From contig CACHAK010000001.1 of NCBI GenBank assembly GCA_902577765.1, positions 263,040 to 327,039 of the forward strand: a DNA stretch of 64,000 bases, given 5' to 3'. Positions 48,129 to 57,418 of the stretch are shown here, in pieces. The first letter of the stretch is position 1. Every line of letters starts with the position of its first letter. The translations under genes and the position numbers were made by a program. Source of the DNA: an uncultured Pelagibacteraceae bacterium. GTDB lineage: Bacteria > Pseudomonadota > Alphaproteobacteria > Pelagibacterales > AG-422-B15. The notes beneath the pieces were generated by a model that worked only from the letters and a program-made list of their open reading frames with translations, did no database searches and was not told the origin of the DNA.

Positions 48129-49070
48129 ATGAAAATGTTATTTAAAATAGTTTTGATTTTATATTGGGTAACTCTGCCAGTATTTGCTCAGGTCATATTT
48201 GAGAACCAGCAAAGTGGCACTCCAACTGTATTTAAAGTAAAACCAACTGACATGAAATTATGTGAAGATTTTGATTTAACTACTGGCGAGTGTTCAGGCG
48301 ATAATGTCTTTACTTTTTTAAAAACAATGACAGCAGACAATGGAAGATGCGACATTGCTGGAGTTACCGAAAACTCAATTGCTTGTAATTACGGACCGAC
48401 TAGCAATATTCCACTAAACGTAACCTATAGTTATTCAAGAATAACTCTTGATAGGACCATGTGGTTAAAGGGGACTGTGAATAATGTTACAAAACAGTTT
48501 ACCTCTTCAGATAGTTGTCACACGAACTCTGCTAATACTCAAGCAGATGGATCTATTGCGTCAGAGGGATCTTTAACTGGATCTCCAACTACTCAGGCAA
48601 TTAAATTTACAAATGGGCCTGGTAACGAGGATTTTTTAGGGAATGGAAGCAAGTCCTCAGCAAATACAATAGATACCTATGGAAACACTTGTTATAACGA
48701 TAGCTCAAATCAAGGCTGTGCTTGGGGCAGTGTAACTACATTAGATACTTATGGTTCCACTGTTTTTGATGGAACAAACCCTTATCCAGCATCTGATTAT
48801 AGCTTTACTGCTAATTATACTACACCCCCCGGCGGTGTTTGGCAAAGTGGTCTTTCAACAAATGACGACACGTTGGTCATAATCTATAAGTTAACTACTC
48901 CTTTTACGAGAACAAATTCAGATATTGCGCCACTTATAACAATGTCATTTGATGTAACGGATGCTTTAGATGCACAATTTATATATGCTAATGAAGCTGG
49001 TAGTGATCCAATAGAGGCTTGCTCAATTTATATTGGTAATCCAGGTGTAAGTATTACGATATCTGAATAA
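48129..49070 (+). CDS. Secreted Thr/Ser/Asn-rich hypothetical protein with 8 Cys
   Basis: Signal peptide ending VFA; beta-rich composition; 5 nt after the barrel gene. Confidence 0.8.
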   Translation: MKMLFKIVLILYWVTLPVFAQVIFENQQSGTPTVFKVKPTDMKLCEDFDLTTGECSGDNVFTFLKTMTADNGRCDIAGVTENSIACNYGPTSNIPLNVTYSYSRITLDRTMWLKGTVNNVTKQFTSSDSCHTNSANTQADGSIASEGSLTGSPTTQAIKFTNGPGNEDFLGNGSKSSANTIDTYGNTCYNDSSNQGCAWGSVTTLDTYGSTVFDGTNPYPASDYSFTANYTTPPGGVWQSGLSTNDDTLVIIYKLTTPFTRTNSDIAPLITMSFDVTDALDAQFIYANEAGSDPIEACSIYIGNPGVSITISE

Positions 49071-49099
49071 GAGGTTGTTTAAAAATCAAAAAAATTATT

Positions 49100-49594
49100 A
49101 TGAAAATTCTTATATGTGGACTTCCCGGATCAGGCAAAACTTGGTTAGCAGAGAGACTTGTTCAAAGTATAGATAATTGTGCATGGTATAATGCAGATAT
49201 TGTAAGAACTGCGTCAAACGATTGGGATTTTTCAAATGAGGGTAGGTCTAGGCAGGCAATGAGAATGAAAACCTTTGCTGACTTCGAAAAAAATAATGGA
49301 AGATATGTAATATGTGATTTTGTGGCTCCGACAAAAGCCGCAAGAGAGTCTTTTGGCGCAGATTACTTAATCTGGCTTGATACAATTAAGGAAGGAAGAG
49401 TTGTAGACAATAAAAAAAAAGAATTAGAGAACTCCAAGGATCTTCCATTTGAAGTTGAAACGCTTGAGAATTCTCAAGCATTTAAAGATACAACTAATAT
49501 GTTTGAAGAGCCTAAAAATGCAAATAAGGTTATAAATAGTTTCATGAATGATCAGGAAATAGCTGCTTTGGCAAAAGAAATTACCAATGTTTGA
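49100..49594 (+). CDS. Adenylylsulfate-kinase-like P-loop protein
   Basis: GLPGSGKT, YNADIVR, DFSNEGRSRQ, VICDFVAPT, MFEEP. Confidence 0.7.
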   Translation: MKILICGLPGSGKTWLAERLVQSIDNCAWYNADIVRTASNDWDFSNEGRSRQAMRMKTFADFEKNNGRYVICDFVAPTKAARESFGADYLIWLDTIKEGRVVDNKKKELENSKDLPFEVETLENSQAFKDTTNMFEEPKNANKVINSFMNDQEIAALAKEITNV

Positions 49595-49982
49595 TTGGAA
49601 AAAGCCAACATCTCAGATGCTTGGCCGTTGGCAACCTTGGCATAAAGGCCATACGGAGCTATTCAAAAAAGCTTTAAATTTGTCAGGTCAAGTATGTATT
49701 ATGTTTAGAGATGTTTCTGGAGTTGACGCTGGAGTTGATGGTCAGTCAGATAACCCATTTGAGTTTGAAGAAGTAAAAAAACGTATAATTAACAGTCTTG
49801 AATTAGAGGGATTTAAAAATGAAAGAGAATTTGTTGTAATTAAGGTACCAAATATAACTAATATTTCATATGGCAGAGGAGTAGGTTACACATTTACAGA
49901 GCACGACCTCGGAGAAGAAATCCACAAAATTTCAGCTACAAATATTCGTAAAGAAATGAGAGATAAGGATGAACTAGATTAA
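49587..49982 (+). CDS. Small HxxH nucleotidyltransferase (cytidylyltransferase-like)
   Basis: GRWQPWHKGH, NPF, ISATNIR; 8-nt overlap with the kinase. Confidence 0.8.
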   Translation: MFDWKKPTSQMLGRWQPWHKGHTELFKKALNLSGQVCIMFRDVSGVDAGVDGQSDNPFEFEEVKKRIINSLELEGFKNEREFVVIKVPNITNISYGRGVGYTFTEHDLGEEIHKISATNIRKEMRDKDELD

Positions 49983-50329
49983 AATATTGTTGCTCCAAAT
50001 ATTTTTATTTCTCCATCTTCTACACCTAAAACTAACCTTCCTAAATAATCACCATCTGAAATAGTACTTTTTTGCTTAAACAGTGCAGTAACATTTCCAT
50101 CTCTTCTAATACATCCGAGAAATTCATTTTCTTGCTTTAAATTTGTTATAACCTCGTTGTTTGCCCATTGTTTTGCAAGTTCAATTTCATTCGCTCCAAA
50201 AAGCATTCTTGCTGAAAAATCTTTTGTAAACCCAAAGTAATCTTGGGAATTTGAGCAATTAATCAAATTATTCCAGAGGGGAGTGGCAATTTCTAAAATT
50301 TCCTTATCAGATTTTTGAAGAAGGTCCAT
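49979..50329 (-). CDS. Hypothetical protein directly downstream of aprA
   Basis: ATG immediately follows the aprA TAA; 116 aa. Confidence 0.7.
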   Translation of the reverse strand: MDLLQKSDKEILEIATPLWNNLINCSNSQDYFGFTKDFSARMLFGANEIELAKQWANNEVITNLKQENEFLGCIRRDGNVTALFKQKSTISDGDYLGRLVLGVEDGEIKIFGATIF

Positions 50330-52165
50330 TTAGTCGACAAGATTATGCATTGGAGCCTTATTCATAGTAAATTCACCTGTATCCCTGTCTCTTTGTGAAA
50401 CAGTCAAACAGTGCCAATTTGCATCATCAATTTTCATGTGATCACCACGATAGTAATACCCAGGCCATCGTGTTTCTTCCCTGAACAATGTATGACTCGT
50501 CACGCACTGAGAGGTGGTAACTCTATGCTTTAATTCCCAAGCTCTCATAAGCTGGTGGTAATCTTCTGCGGCTACATGCTCTAAATCTTCTTCAAGCATC
50601 TTTAGAAGATTAGTCCCAATTTTTAGCAAGTTATCATTTGTCATGTAAGAAACTCCAACACCTCCTACATACTCATCCATTATCTTTTGTAAGCGTTGAA
50701 GTCCTTGAATTGGAAGAATATAACTTGGAGATACTGTGCCAGCAGTAATTTCATTTCTTCCAACTTTATAATTTTCAAGAGGCTTATAAATAACTTCTTT
50801 TAAATCTTCATATTGTTTGTCAGTAACCTTAATTTCTTCACTTTGCATATCATTTACATATTTAACAGCAGCTTTTGCAGCAAGACGTCCCTCAGTAAAT
50901 GATCCTGAAGAAAATTTATGTGCACTTCCACCAACAGTATCTCCTGCTCCAAATAATCCATTGACACTTGTCATCCTGTTGTATCCCCAGAAATAATCGC
51001 TTGGTGAAATATCCTCTGGACCACTAACCCAGGCTCCGGAACAAGTAGCGTGTGAGCCCATTACATACGGTTCGGATGTAGTGAGTTCAGGATTAGTATA
51101 TTTTGGGTCAATGTTCTGAGATGCCCACACAACAGCTTGACCAACTGTCATGCCAAGAAAGTTCTCCCAGCCAACTGTTTCCATGTGAGGATCTTGAAAC
51201 GCTTCTTTGGTAACCATGTGAATAGGCCCACGTCCAGCTTTTACCTCTTCAATAAATGCATGGTTTCTTAAACAAGTTGGTACAGGAACATGATCAATAT
51301 ATTCGCCTACAAGTTTTTTAGTTTCTTCGTACCATTTTTTTTCATAATTTTCCCCGTTACCGTTTTCTGTGTAAGTTTTAAGATGTAAAAAATAAGCACC
51401 CACTGGTCCGTAACCATCTTTAAACCTTGTCAGAACTATTCTATTTTCCATTTGTGTCATTTTGGCTCCAGCCATAATAGGAAGAGCGTATGCTGAGCCA
51501 TTACTCCATGGCGCATACCAAGTCCTTCCCATTCCTTCACCAACAGCTCTTGGTTTGAAAATATGAGATGCTCCTCCTGCAGCCACAATAACTGCTTTGG
51601 CTTTAAAAACATGGTAATTCCCTGTTCGCATATTGAAACCAACAGCACCACCCACTCGGTCAGATTTACCTTCATCCATCAGAAGATGAGTGATCATTAT
51701 TCTATTGTAAATTTTATTAGCTGATTTTTTTGCAGCCTCAGCTACAATAGGTTTATAACTTTCACCGTGGATCATTATCTGCCATTTGCCCTCCCTTTGG
51801 TACCTGCCTGTTTCTTTGTCTCGCATGATTGGCAATCCCCATTCATCGAACATATGAACAGTGGAATCGACGTGTCTTGCGATATCGTATGTGAGATCCT
51901 CTCTAACTAAACCCATTAGGTCATTTCTGGCATATCGGACATGATCTTCTGGTTGATTTTCATCCCATTGCATTCCCATGTAGCAATTTATAGCGTACAG
52001 TCCTTGTGCTACTGCGCCGCTTCGATCAATATTTGCTTTTTCAACACATACTATTTTAAGATCTCTGCCCCAATGTCTTGCTTCAAAGGTAGCGCCTGTT
52101 CCAGCCATTCCACCGCCGACAATGAGAATGTCACAATCCTCATGAATTGTTTTAATTGAAGCCAT
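50330..52165 (-). CDS. aprA: Adenylylsulfate reductase alpha subunit
   Basis: GGGMAG, RSGAVAQGLYAINCY, WQIMIHGESYK, GHKF-like AHKFSSGSF, EETRWPGYY. Confidence 0.97.
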   Translation of the reverse strand: MASIKTIHEDCDILIVGGGMAGTGATFEARHWGRDLKIVCVEKANIDRSGAVAQGLYAINCYMGMQWDENQPEDHVRYARNDLMGLVREDLTYDIARHVDSTVHMFDEWGLPIMRDKETGRYQREGKWQIMIHGESYKPIVAEAAKKSANKIYNRIMITHLLMDEGKSDRVGGAVGFNMRTGNYHVFKAKAVIVAAGGASHIFKPRAVGEGMGRTWYAPWSNGSAYALPIMAGAKMTQMENRIVLTRFKDGYGPVGAYFLHLKTYTENGNGENYEKKWYEETKKLVGEYIDHVPVPTCLRNHAFIEEVKAGRGPIHMVTKEAFQDPHMETVGWENFLGMTVGQAVVWASQNIDPKYTNPELTTSEPYVMGSHATCSGAWVSGPEDISPSDYFWGYNRMTSVNGLFGAGDTVGGSAHKFSSGSFTEGRLAAKAAVKYVNDMQSEEIKVTDKQYEDLKEVIYKPLENYKVGRNEITAGTVSPSYILPIQGLQRLQKIMDEYVGGVGVSYMTNDNLLKIGTNLLKMLEEDLEHVAAEDYHQLMRAWELKHRVTTSQCVTSHTLFREETRWPGYYYRGDHMKIDDANWHCLTVSQRDRDTGEFTMNKAPMHNLVD

Positions 52166-52169
52166 CTTT

Positions 52170-52634
52170 TTAGTTGATCCCTTTTTGATTATCTTTCTTT
52201 AGACTTGGAAGACCTGTTTCAATATTAAGTCCATTAGGTTCTGAGTAAAGTAACTGTGAATCTATTTCCTCATTTGTTGGAGGCGTTTCATCAGCAAGAT
52301 TTGGAATATGTTTACCCCAAGGTTTAGTTGTAATAGGCGATACAAAATTTTTTTCGTGACCATTTCGGAATTTTATTCTCCAAGATATTGTGCCTTTTTC
52401 TTCCTCTCGTAAAACCCTTACCTTGTGGTGCATCGGCGCAAAGTCAGCGTAGCCTCTTGCATCTATAGCATTTTGAGGACAGGCTTTTACACATGAATAG
52501 CATTCCCAGCACATGTTAGGCTCTATATTTACCGCGCGTCTTGTTTCTTTATCAATATGCATAATGTCTGATGGACATATATCTACGCAATGACCACAAC
52601 CATCGCATCTTGTCATGTATACAAATGTTGACAT
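52170..52634 (-). CDS. aprB: Adenylylsulfate reductase beta subunit
   Basis: CDGCGHCVDICP and CWECYSCVKACP; WRIKFRNG. Confidence 0.97.
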   Translation of the reverse strand: MSTFVYMTRCDGCGHCVDICPSDIMHIDKETRRAVNIEPNMCWECYSCVKACPQNAIDARGYADFAPMHHKVRVLREEEKGTISWRIKFRNGHEKNFVSPITTKPWGKHIPNLADETPPTNEEIDSQLLYSEPNGLNIETGLPSLKKDNQKGIN

Positions 52635-52673
52635 ATATTTTCCTCTTCTCGTTTCCTAGTAAATCAGTTTTTG

Positions 52674-53462
52674 TTAATAATGCCTAGGCGATTCTCGTTT
52701 AATTCCAAGTCCAAATTGCTTTGGTGCATCAGCTGGGGCAGGTAAGTCATCCCTATACCCGTCAGCCTCAGATAAATTCTTTTGAATTGCTGCACCTGGT
52801 TTGTAAAACATGTGAGCAAATTTCGACCAATATACACCACCAAACAATAAAATATTAGATAGGCCAAAGAGAACTAAAAACAAGATATCTAGTATTGGAA
52901 CCCCTGACGACTGAGTAAACGACCAAGCTAATCCAGAGGTTGCTGCAGCTAAAAGCGATAATACAAAAAGATCTGCTCTTATTATTCTATTCCACGGATT
53001 TGCCTCAGCAGAGACATCAACTCTTAAGAAAAACCAAAACCAATAACCTCCTAGACATGTCATTATAGCCCCAACATGCCATAACAATGATAGTTGATAG
53101 GGAGCGGGTGAATTAGTATATCCAAATATTAAGATAACAGAAGTAATCCAAAATAATATCGAACCGTACATACCTAAAAGGTGAGCAACTCTTCTTTGCC
53201 CTCTACCTAATTCTGAAGTTGTTAGAATATCGTTAGCAATTGTCTTGCTGATAATTTTTGCCTTTTGAGCGCCACTTAATTCATTTGTTGCAGAAGCTTT
53301 TGCTCTTTTAAAATTAATGAAAAAATATTTTGCATTCTTCTTAAGCACCATATCCACTAAAGTACCTATTGCAACCATCAGTATCATTACAACTACAAAG
53401 CCTTGTAACGCAATGGCGGGCACAAAAGTAATAAGTTCTTCGAAAGGATTTATATAAATCAT
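52674..53462 (-). CDS. aprM: APS reductase membrane anchor
   Basis: NPF, KYFF, RRVAHLLGMYG, GGYWFWFFLRVDV, WSKFAHMFYKPGAA, FGLGIKRE; upstream of aprBA. Confidence 0.9.
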   Translation of the reverse strand: MIYINPFEELITFVPAIALQGFVVVMILMVAIGTLVDMVLKKNAKYFFINFKRAKASATNELSGAQKAKIISKTIANDILTTSELGRGQRRVAHLLGMYGSILFWITSVILIFGYTNSPAPYQLSLLWHVGAIMTCLGGYWFWFFLRVDVSAEANPWNRIIRADLFVLSLLAAATSGLAWSFTQSSGVPILDILFLVLFGLSNILLFGGVYWSKFAHMFYKPGAAIQKNLSEADGYRDDLPAPADAPKQFGLGIKRESPRHY

Positions 53463-53515
53463 AAGTATCAATTCACTATAACAGAATCTATAAATAATAA
53501 CTATTATTTATACTT

Positions 53516-54451
53516 TCAAGGCAGAGGTTTAGTTTCAAATCTATTATATAATCGTCTCAAATTTGAAACTTTTTGTATGTCTTCTCTTAGATTTTTCGTG
53601 CCAGAGTCAATTGTTTCTGAATTGAATTCGATAATACAACTGGTAAAACTTTCACGATTTTTTAAACGGGAATAGTAGTCTCTTAAATTGTCTAATTTTT
53701 CAGTGAATAGCTCAACCAAATTAACTTCATCAAGTCTGTGTAATAATGTCATCCAGGTTATGTCTGCAATACTAAACTTATCCCCATCAATCCAGATCTT
53801 GTTCTCTAAATGACTATCTAACGAAGTTAAATGTGATTTAAGATTCTCAAATGCTTTTATAGCAACTCTTTGATGTGGAGAATTTTTATTAAAGACTGAG
53901 TAGCCTAATAGTCGATATAAAGTAAAATTAAGCGCTCTAAACTTTGAAGGATGCTTTATAAAATAATTAAAAAATTTAAAGAAACTAATTTTTCTAAGCA
54001 TTGCAACAAACAATGGTTGAGTAAGTAAGGATACGCAATTACCGGCGTAATCTTTTACCCCACTAACTGGGTCATCTCCAACTAACGAACCTTTTTTATT
54101 CCAATAATCAACTACTTCACTCTCCCCAAGTTTATTTGGAAAAGTTTCCATTAAATATCTTATTTGTTCGTGAGACTCATAAATAGGCTGATTGTTATGT
54201 AATAGAACTGGCACAGTTGCTTTTGGATTAATTCTAAGGAAATCTTTTGATAAGTTTTCACAATCTTTTGTCTCAATAATGTGTACATGAACCGGCAGGT
54301 AATCAATTTTATATTCCTCAAGACATATTCTTACTTTGCGAGAGCAAAGTGAGAAGTTGTTATGATAAAGCACCCATTCAGAATTTGAGTCTGATACTGT
54401 ATATTTTTGTTTACCCGTAAGATCTTTATTTTTAGGATTCTTTTTCTTCAT
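53516..54451 (-). CDS. Glutathione S-transferase family protein
   Basis: SLCSRKVRICLEE, INPKATVPVL, YES, FSIADI. Confidence 0.88.
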   Translation of the reverse strand: MKKKNPKNKDLTGKQKYTVSDSNSEWVLYHNNFSLCSRKVRICLEEYKIDYLPVHVHIIETKDCENLSKDFLRINPKATVPVLLHNNQPIYESHEQIRYLMETFPNKLGESEVVDYWNKKGSLVGDDPVSGVKDYAGNCVSLLTQPLFVAMLRKISFFKFFNYFIKHPSKFRALNFTLYRLLGYSVFNKNSPHQRVAIKAFENLKSHLTSLDSHLENKIWIDGDKFSIADITWMTLLHRLDEVNLVELFTEKLDNLRDYYSRLKNRESFTSCIIEFNSETIDSGTKNLREDIQKVSNLRRLYNRFETKPLP

Positions 54452-54803
54452 CCCATACTTTGTTTAGTAATTGACTGGCTGAAACTGCTGTAGGGAAACC
54501 ACTATAGTGAGCAACATGCAATATCATTTCTTCAATTTTTTCTTTCGTTATTCCTAAATTTTTAGCCCCTCTTAAATGAGATTTTAATTCATTCTCTCTA
54601 TTAAGTGCTACCAAAACCGTGAGCGTAATCATACTTCTTTCTTGAAGCGATAACTGCTCAGTTCGTGACCAGATTGTTCCATACAACATATCAATTATTT
54701 GCTTTAGCAAATCTTTAGAGACAGGAGTTTCATCATTCTTAAGTAAATCCATCTTCTTAAGGATTTCTAATCCTTTTTTTCTATCTTGATCATCTAATGG
54801 CAT
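54432..54803 (-). CDS. Carboxymuconolactone decarboxylase family protein
   Basis: YGTIWSR...LSLQERSMITL...HLRGAKNLG...HVAHYSGFP. Confidence 0.88.
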   Translation of the reverse strand: MPLDDQDRKKGLEILKKMDLLKNDETPVSKDLLKQIIDMLYGTIWSRTEQLSLQERSMITLTVLVALNRENELKSHLRGAKNLGITKEKIEEMILHVAHYSGFPTAVSASQLLNKVWDEEKES

Positions 54804-54833
54804 TTTTATATTTTACTCCTTAATAACAGTGTT

Positions 54834-56445
54834 TCAATTAAATTCAATTTTCTCTCTAATATTAAATAATACATTATTAATAATAGTTTCAAGACTATCG
54901 CTTTTATCAAAGTTAAATAAATCAAAAATATATTTATCAGGTCTTAAGATAACTCCAGAACAACCAAACTTTTTACAGTAAATTTGTAAATCTTTATGAG
55001 TTTCTTCACACGCAATGTACCCCTCATAGTTTGAATGGTTATAATTGTGAGTTACATTAATGATCTTAAAGTTATGTTTTTTTAAAAGTTCAAGGTTATC
55101 CTCTGAAATATTTTTATTACCTTCAAAATTATTTAAAATAATCCCAAAATTCTTTTCGAGCACATAATCTGTGCTCATAATTCTGCCATCATGAAGACGA
55201 ACATTTATCTCATTGAAGTAATATCTCTCAATTGAAACATTTTTAATTTTTGGCATTTTATGAACACCGGGTCCTAAACGGTTGCCATTTAAAACAGGAA
55301 ATATATTTTCTTTACCTCTTAAATAACTTTGTGTCCTTAGCAACGCATTCCTAATAAATGCTTTAAATTTACTTTTGGCATTAATGATTCCTCCCATTTT
55401 AATTGCCCCTCTAGTAATTCGAGCGACGTGCGGCCTTCTTTCAGATTGGTAGGTATCTAATATTTTAGGTGAGTAAAGTCCATTTAGTACTCCATTAATT
55501 TTCCACAATATATTTTCAGCATCTCTACATCCAGAATTCATTCCTTGACCCATAAAAGGAGGCATTTGATGTGCTGCGTCACCGAGTAGAAAGATATTTT
55601 CATTTTGCCATTTAACAGCATCGGCCGCGTGAAATGAGTAAACTGCTGTTCTGCTAAATTCAACTTCATTATCTCCGATCCATTGGTCTATGTATTTCCT
55701 AAAAACTTCTTCCTTTTGAATTTCATCAACAGTATCACCCGGCATAAAGGCTATTTCAAATCTAAAGCAATCATCAACCCCTTGAATAATTGTTGTTGGT
55801 CGTGACGGATTGCAATATTGAATCGCATCTATATCTGTGAAACAGTCAAATTTACTTTTCGTATACCCGTCCACCACCATCCAGGTCTCATCAGCATCTA
55901 AACTTTTAAGTTTAACATTGTTGAGTTTTCGAATTGTACTATTTGCTCCATCGCACGCCAAAAGATACTTACTGCTTGTTTTAAACTCTTCCCCGGTTTC
56001 AATATTCTTGTATGAACAATTCACAACGCCATCTGATTGATCAACGCTTAGAATTTCATTGCCTGTTTTAATCGTATTAGTCTGATATTTTTTTTGCATT
56101 TTCTCTATGAGCTTCATCAAATTGAGGTTGGTGAATGAACAGTATTGAATGTTGATAATTATATGTATCAAAACCATCCATTGTAATTTTTAAAATTGAT
56201 CTTTTCTTAGCATCTTTATTATCAACACCTCTAATTTTTCTCGTCTTCACTTTAGTTAGAAAGTTACAATGAGCCATTGCCCTTTGGCATTCAGCATCCC
56301 ATGTAATTGCTCTCGGTAAGGGGAAGGTTTCTTTTTCTTTATCTAAGATTAAAGCTTTAATGCCATAATAACCTAGCAAGTTTGCGCAAGTTTCACCTAC
56401 TGGTCCATACCCGGCTACAATGACATCATATTCAGTATCACTCAC
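54834..56445 (-). pseudogene. MhpA/PcpB-like FAD-dependent aromatic monooxygenase, split by a frameshift
   Basis: GYGPVG and PRAI in ORF 56077..56445; ACDGANS and GDAAHQMPPFMGQGMNSG in ORF 54834..56177; removing one A from the A8 run (56088-56095) gives one 536-aa frame. Confidence 0.85.
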
Positions 56446-56450
56446 GCGAC

Positions 56451-57344
56451 TTAGTATGCAGGCGTATCTTCTGGCTCTTCAATAACTTTATTGCTAATGA
56501 AGCCCAGTTTTTCAATTTCAATTTTAATTTCATCACCTGCTTTAAGCCAATTTCTTGTCATCACTGCAGATCCAGCCGGTGTACCAGTCGGAATCAAGTC
56601 TCCAGGTTCTAGTGTAAAAGCAGTTGATAAGTACTCTACTAATGTAAAACAGTCAAAAATTAAATCACTCGTCGAAGCAGACTGTCTTAATTCACCGTTT
56701 ACATATGTTTCAAGCTTTAGGTCATGCGGATCACCAATTTCATCACTGGTCACAATATAGGGACCAAAAGGACAGTGGGTATCCCATGACTTACCCATAG
56801 TCATTGTCATAGGAGGACCACGCATCTGCCAATCTCTGATTGTAACGTCGTTAACGACAGTATAACCATAAATAACTCCAGCTGCTTTATCATACGGTAC
56901 GTGACGACATTTTTTTCCAATAATGAAACCAAGTTCGCCTTCATAATCTAAAAATTCTGAAGCACGTGGACGATGAATTTCATCGTATGGACCGTTAACA
57001 GAGCTATTTTGCTTGTTAAATATATTTGGATATTTTTCTTGAGCTTTACCTATTGTTTTTGCAGCTGTCTGCGCAACTTCATCTTGATGTTCTTTATAGT
57101 TTAATCCAACAGCAAGAATTTTACTTGGTTTTGCAATAGGAGCTTCTAAATGTACTTTGCTTATATCAATTTTATTTTCACTTTTTTCAATAAGGTTTTT
57201 TGCATTAGCTAGACCTTGATCCCCAAGAGCGATAAAATCGATCATGTTGTTAGGTAATGAACTATTTGAGAAATCAATTATATGTTCTCCATTTATCGCG
57301 CCAATGGATGTAGTGCCATTAAATGTAAAGGTAACTAATTTCAT
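56451..57344 (-). CDS. Fumarylacetoacetate hydrolase family protein
   Basis: ILAVGLNY, DYEGEL, YTVVNDVTIRDWQ, GKSWDT, TGTPAG. Confidence 0.93.
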   Translation of the reverse strand: MKLVTFTFNGTTSIGAINGEHIIDFSNSSLPNNMIDFIALGDQGLANAKNLIEKSENKIDISKVHLEAPIAKPSKILAVGLNYKEHQDEVAQTAAKTIGKAQEKYPNIFNKQNSSVNGPYDEIHRPRASEFLDYEGELGFIIGKKCRHVPYDKAAGVIYGYTVVNDVTIRDWQMRGPPMTMTMGKSWDTHCPFGPYIVTSDEIGDPHDLKLETYVNGELRQSASTSDLIFDCFTLVEYLSTAFTLEPGDLIPTGTPAGSAVMTRNWLKAGDEIKIEIEKLGFISNKVIEEPEDTPAY

Positions 57345-57418
57345 AAAACCAAATCAATAAATATCTAAAAGCTAGGTTTGTAACAAGTTTAAATAATGTA
57401 TATTATTTTCTTATATTT

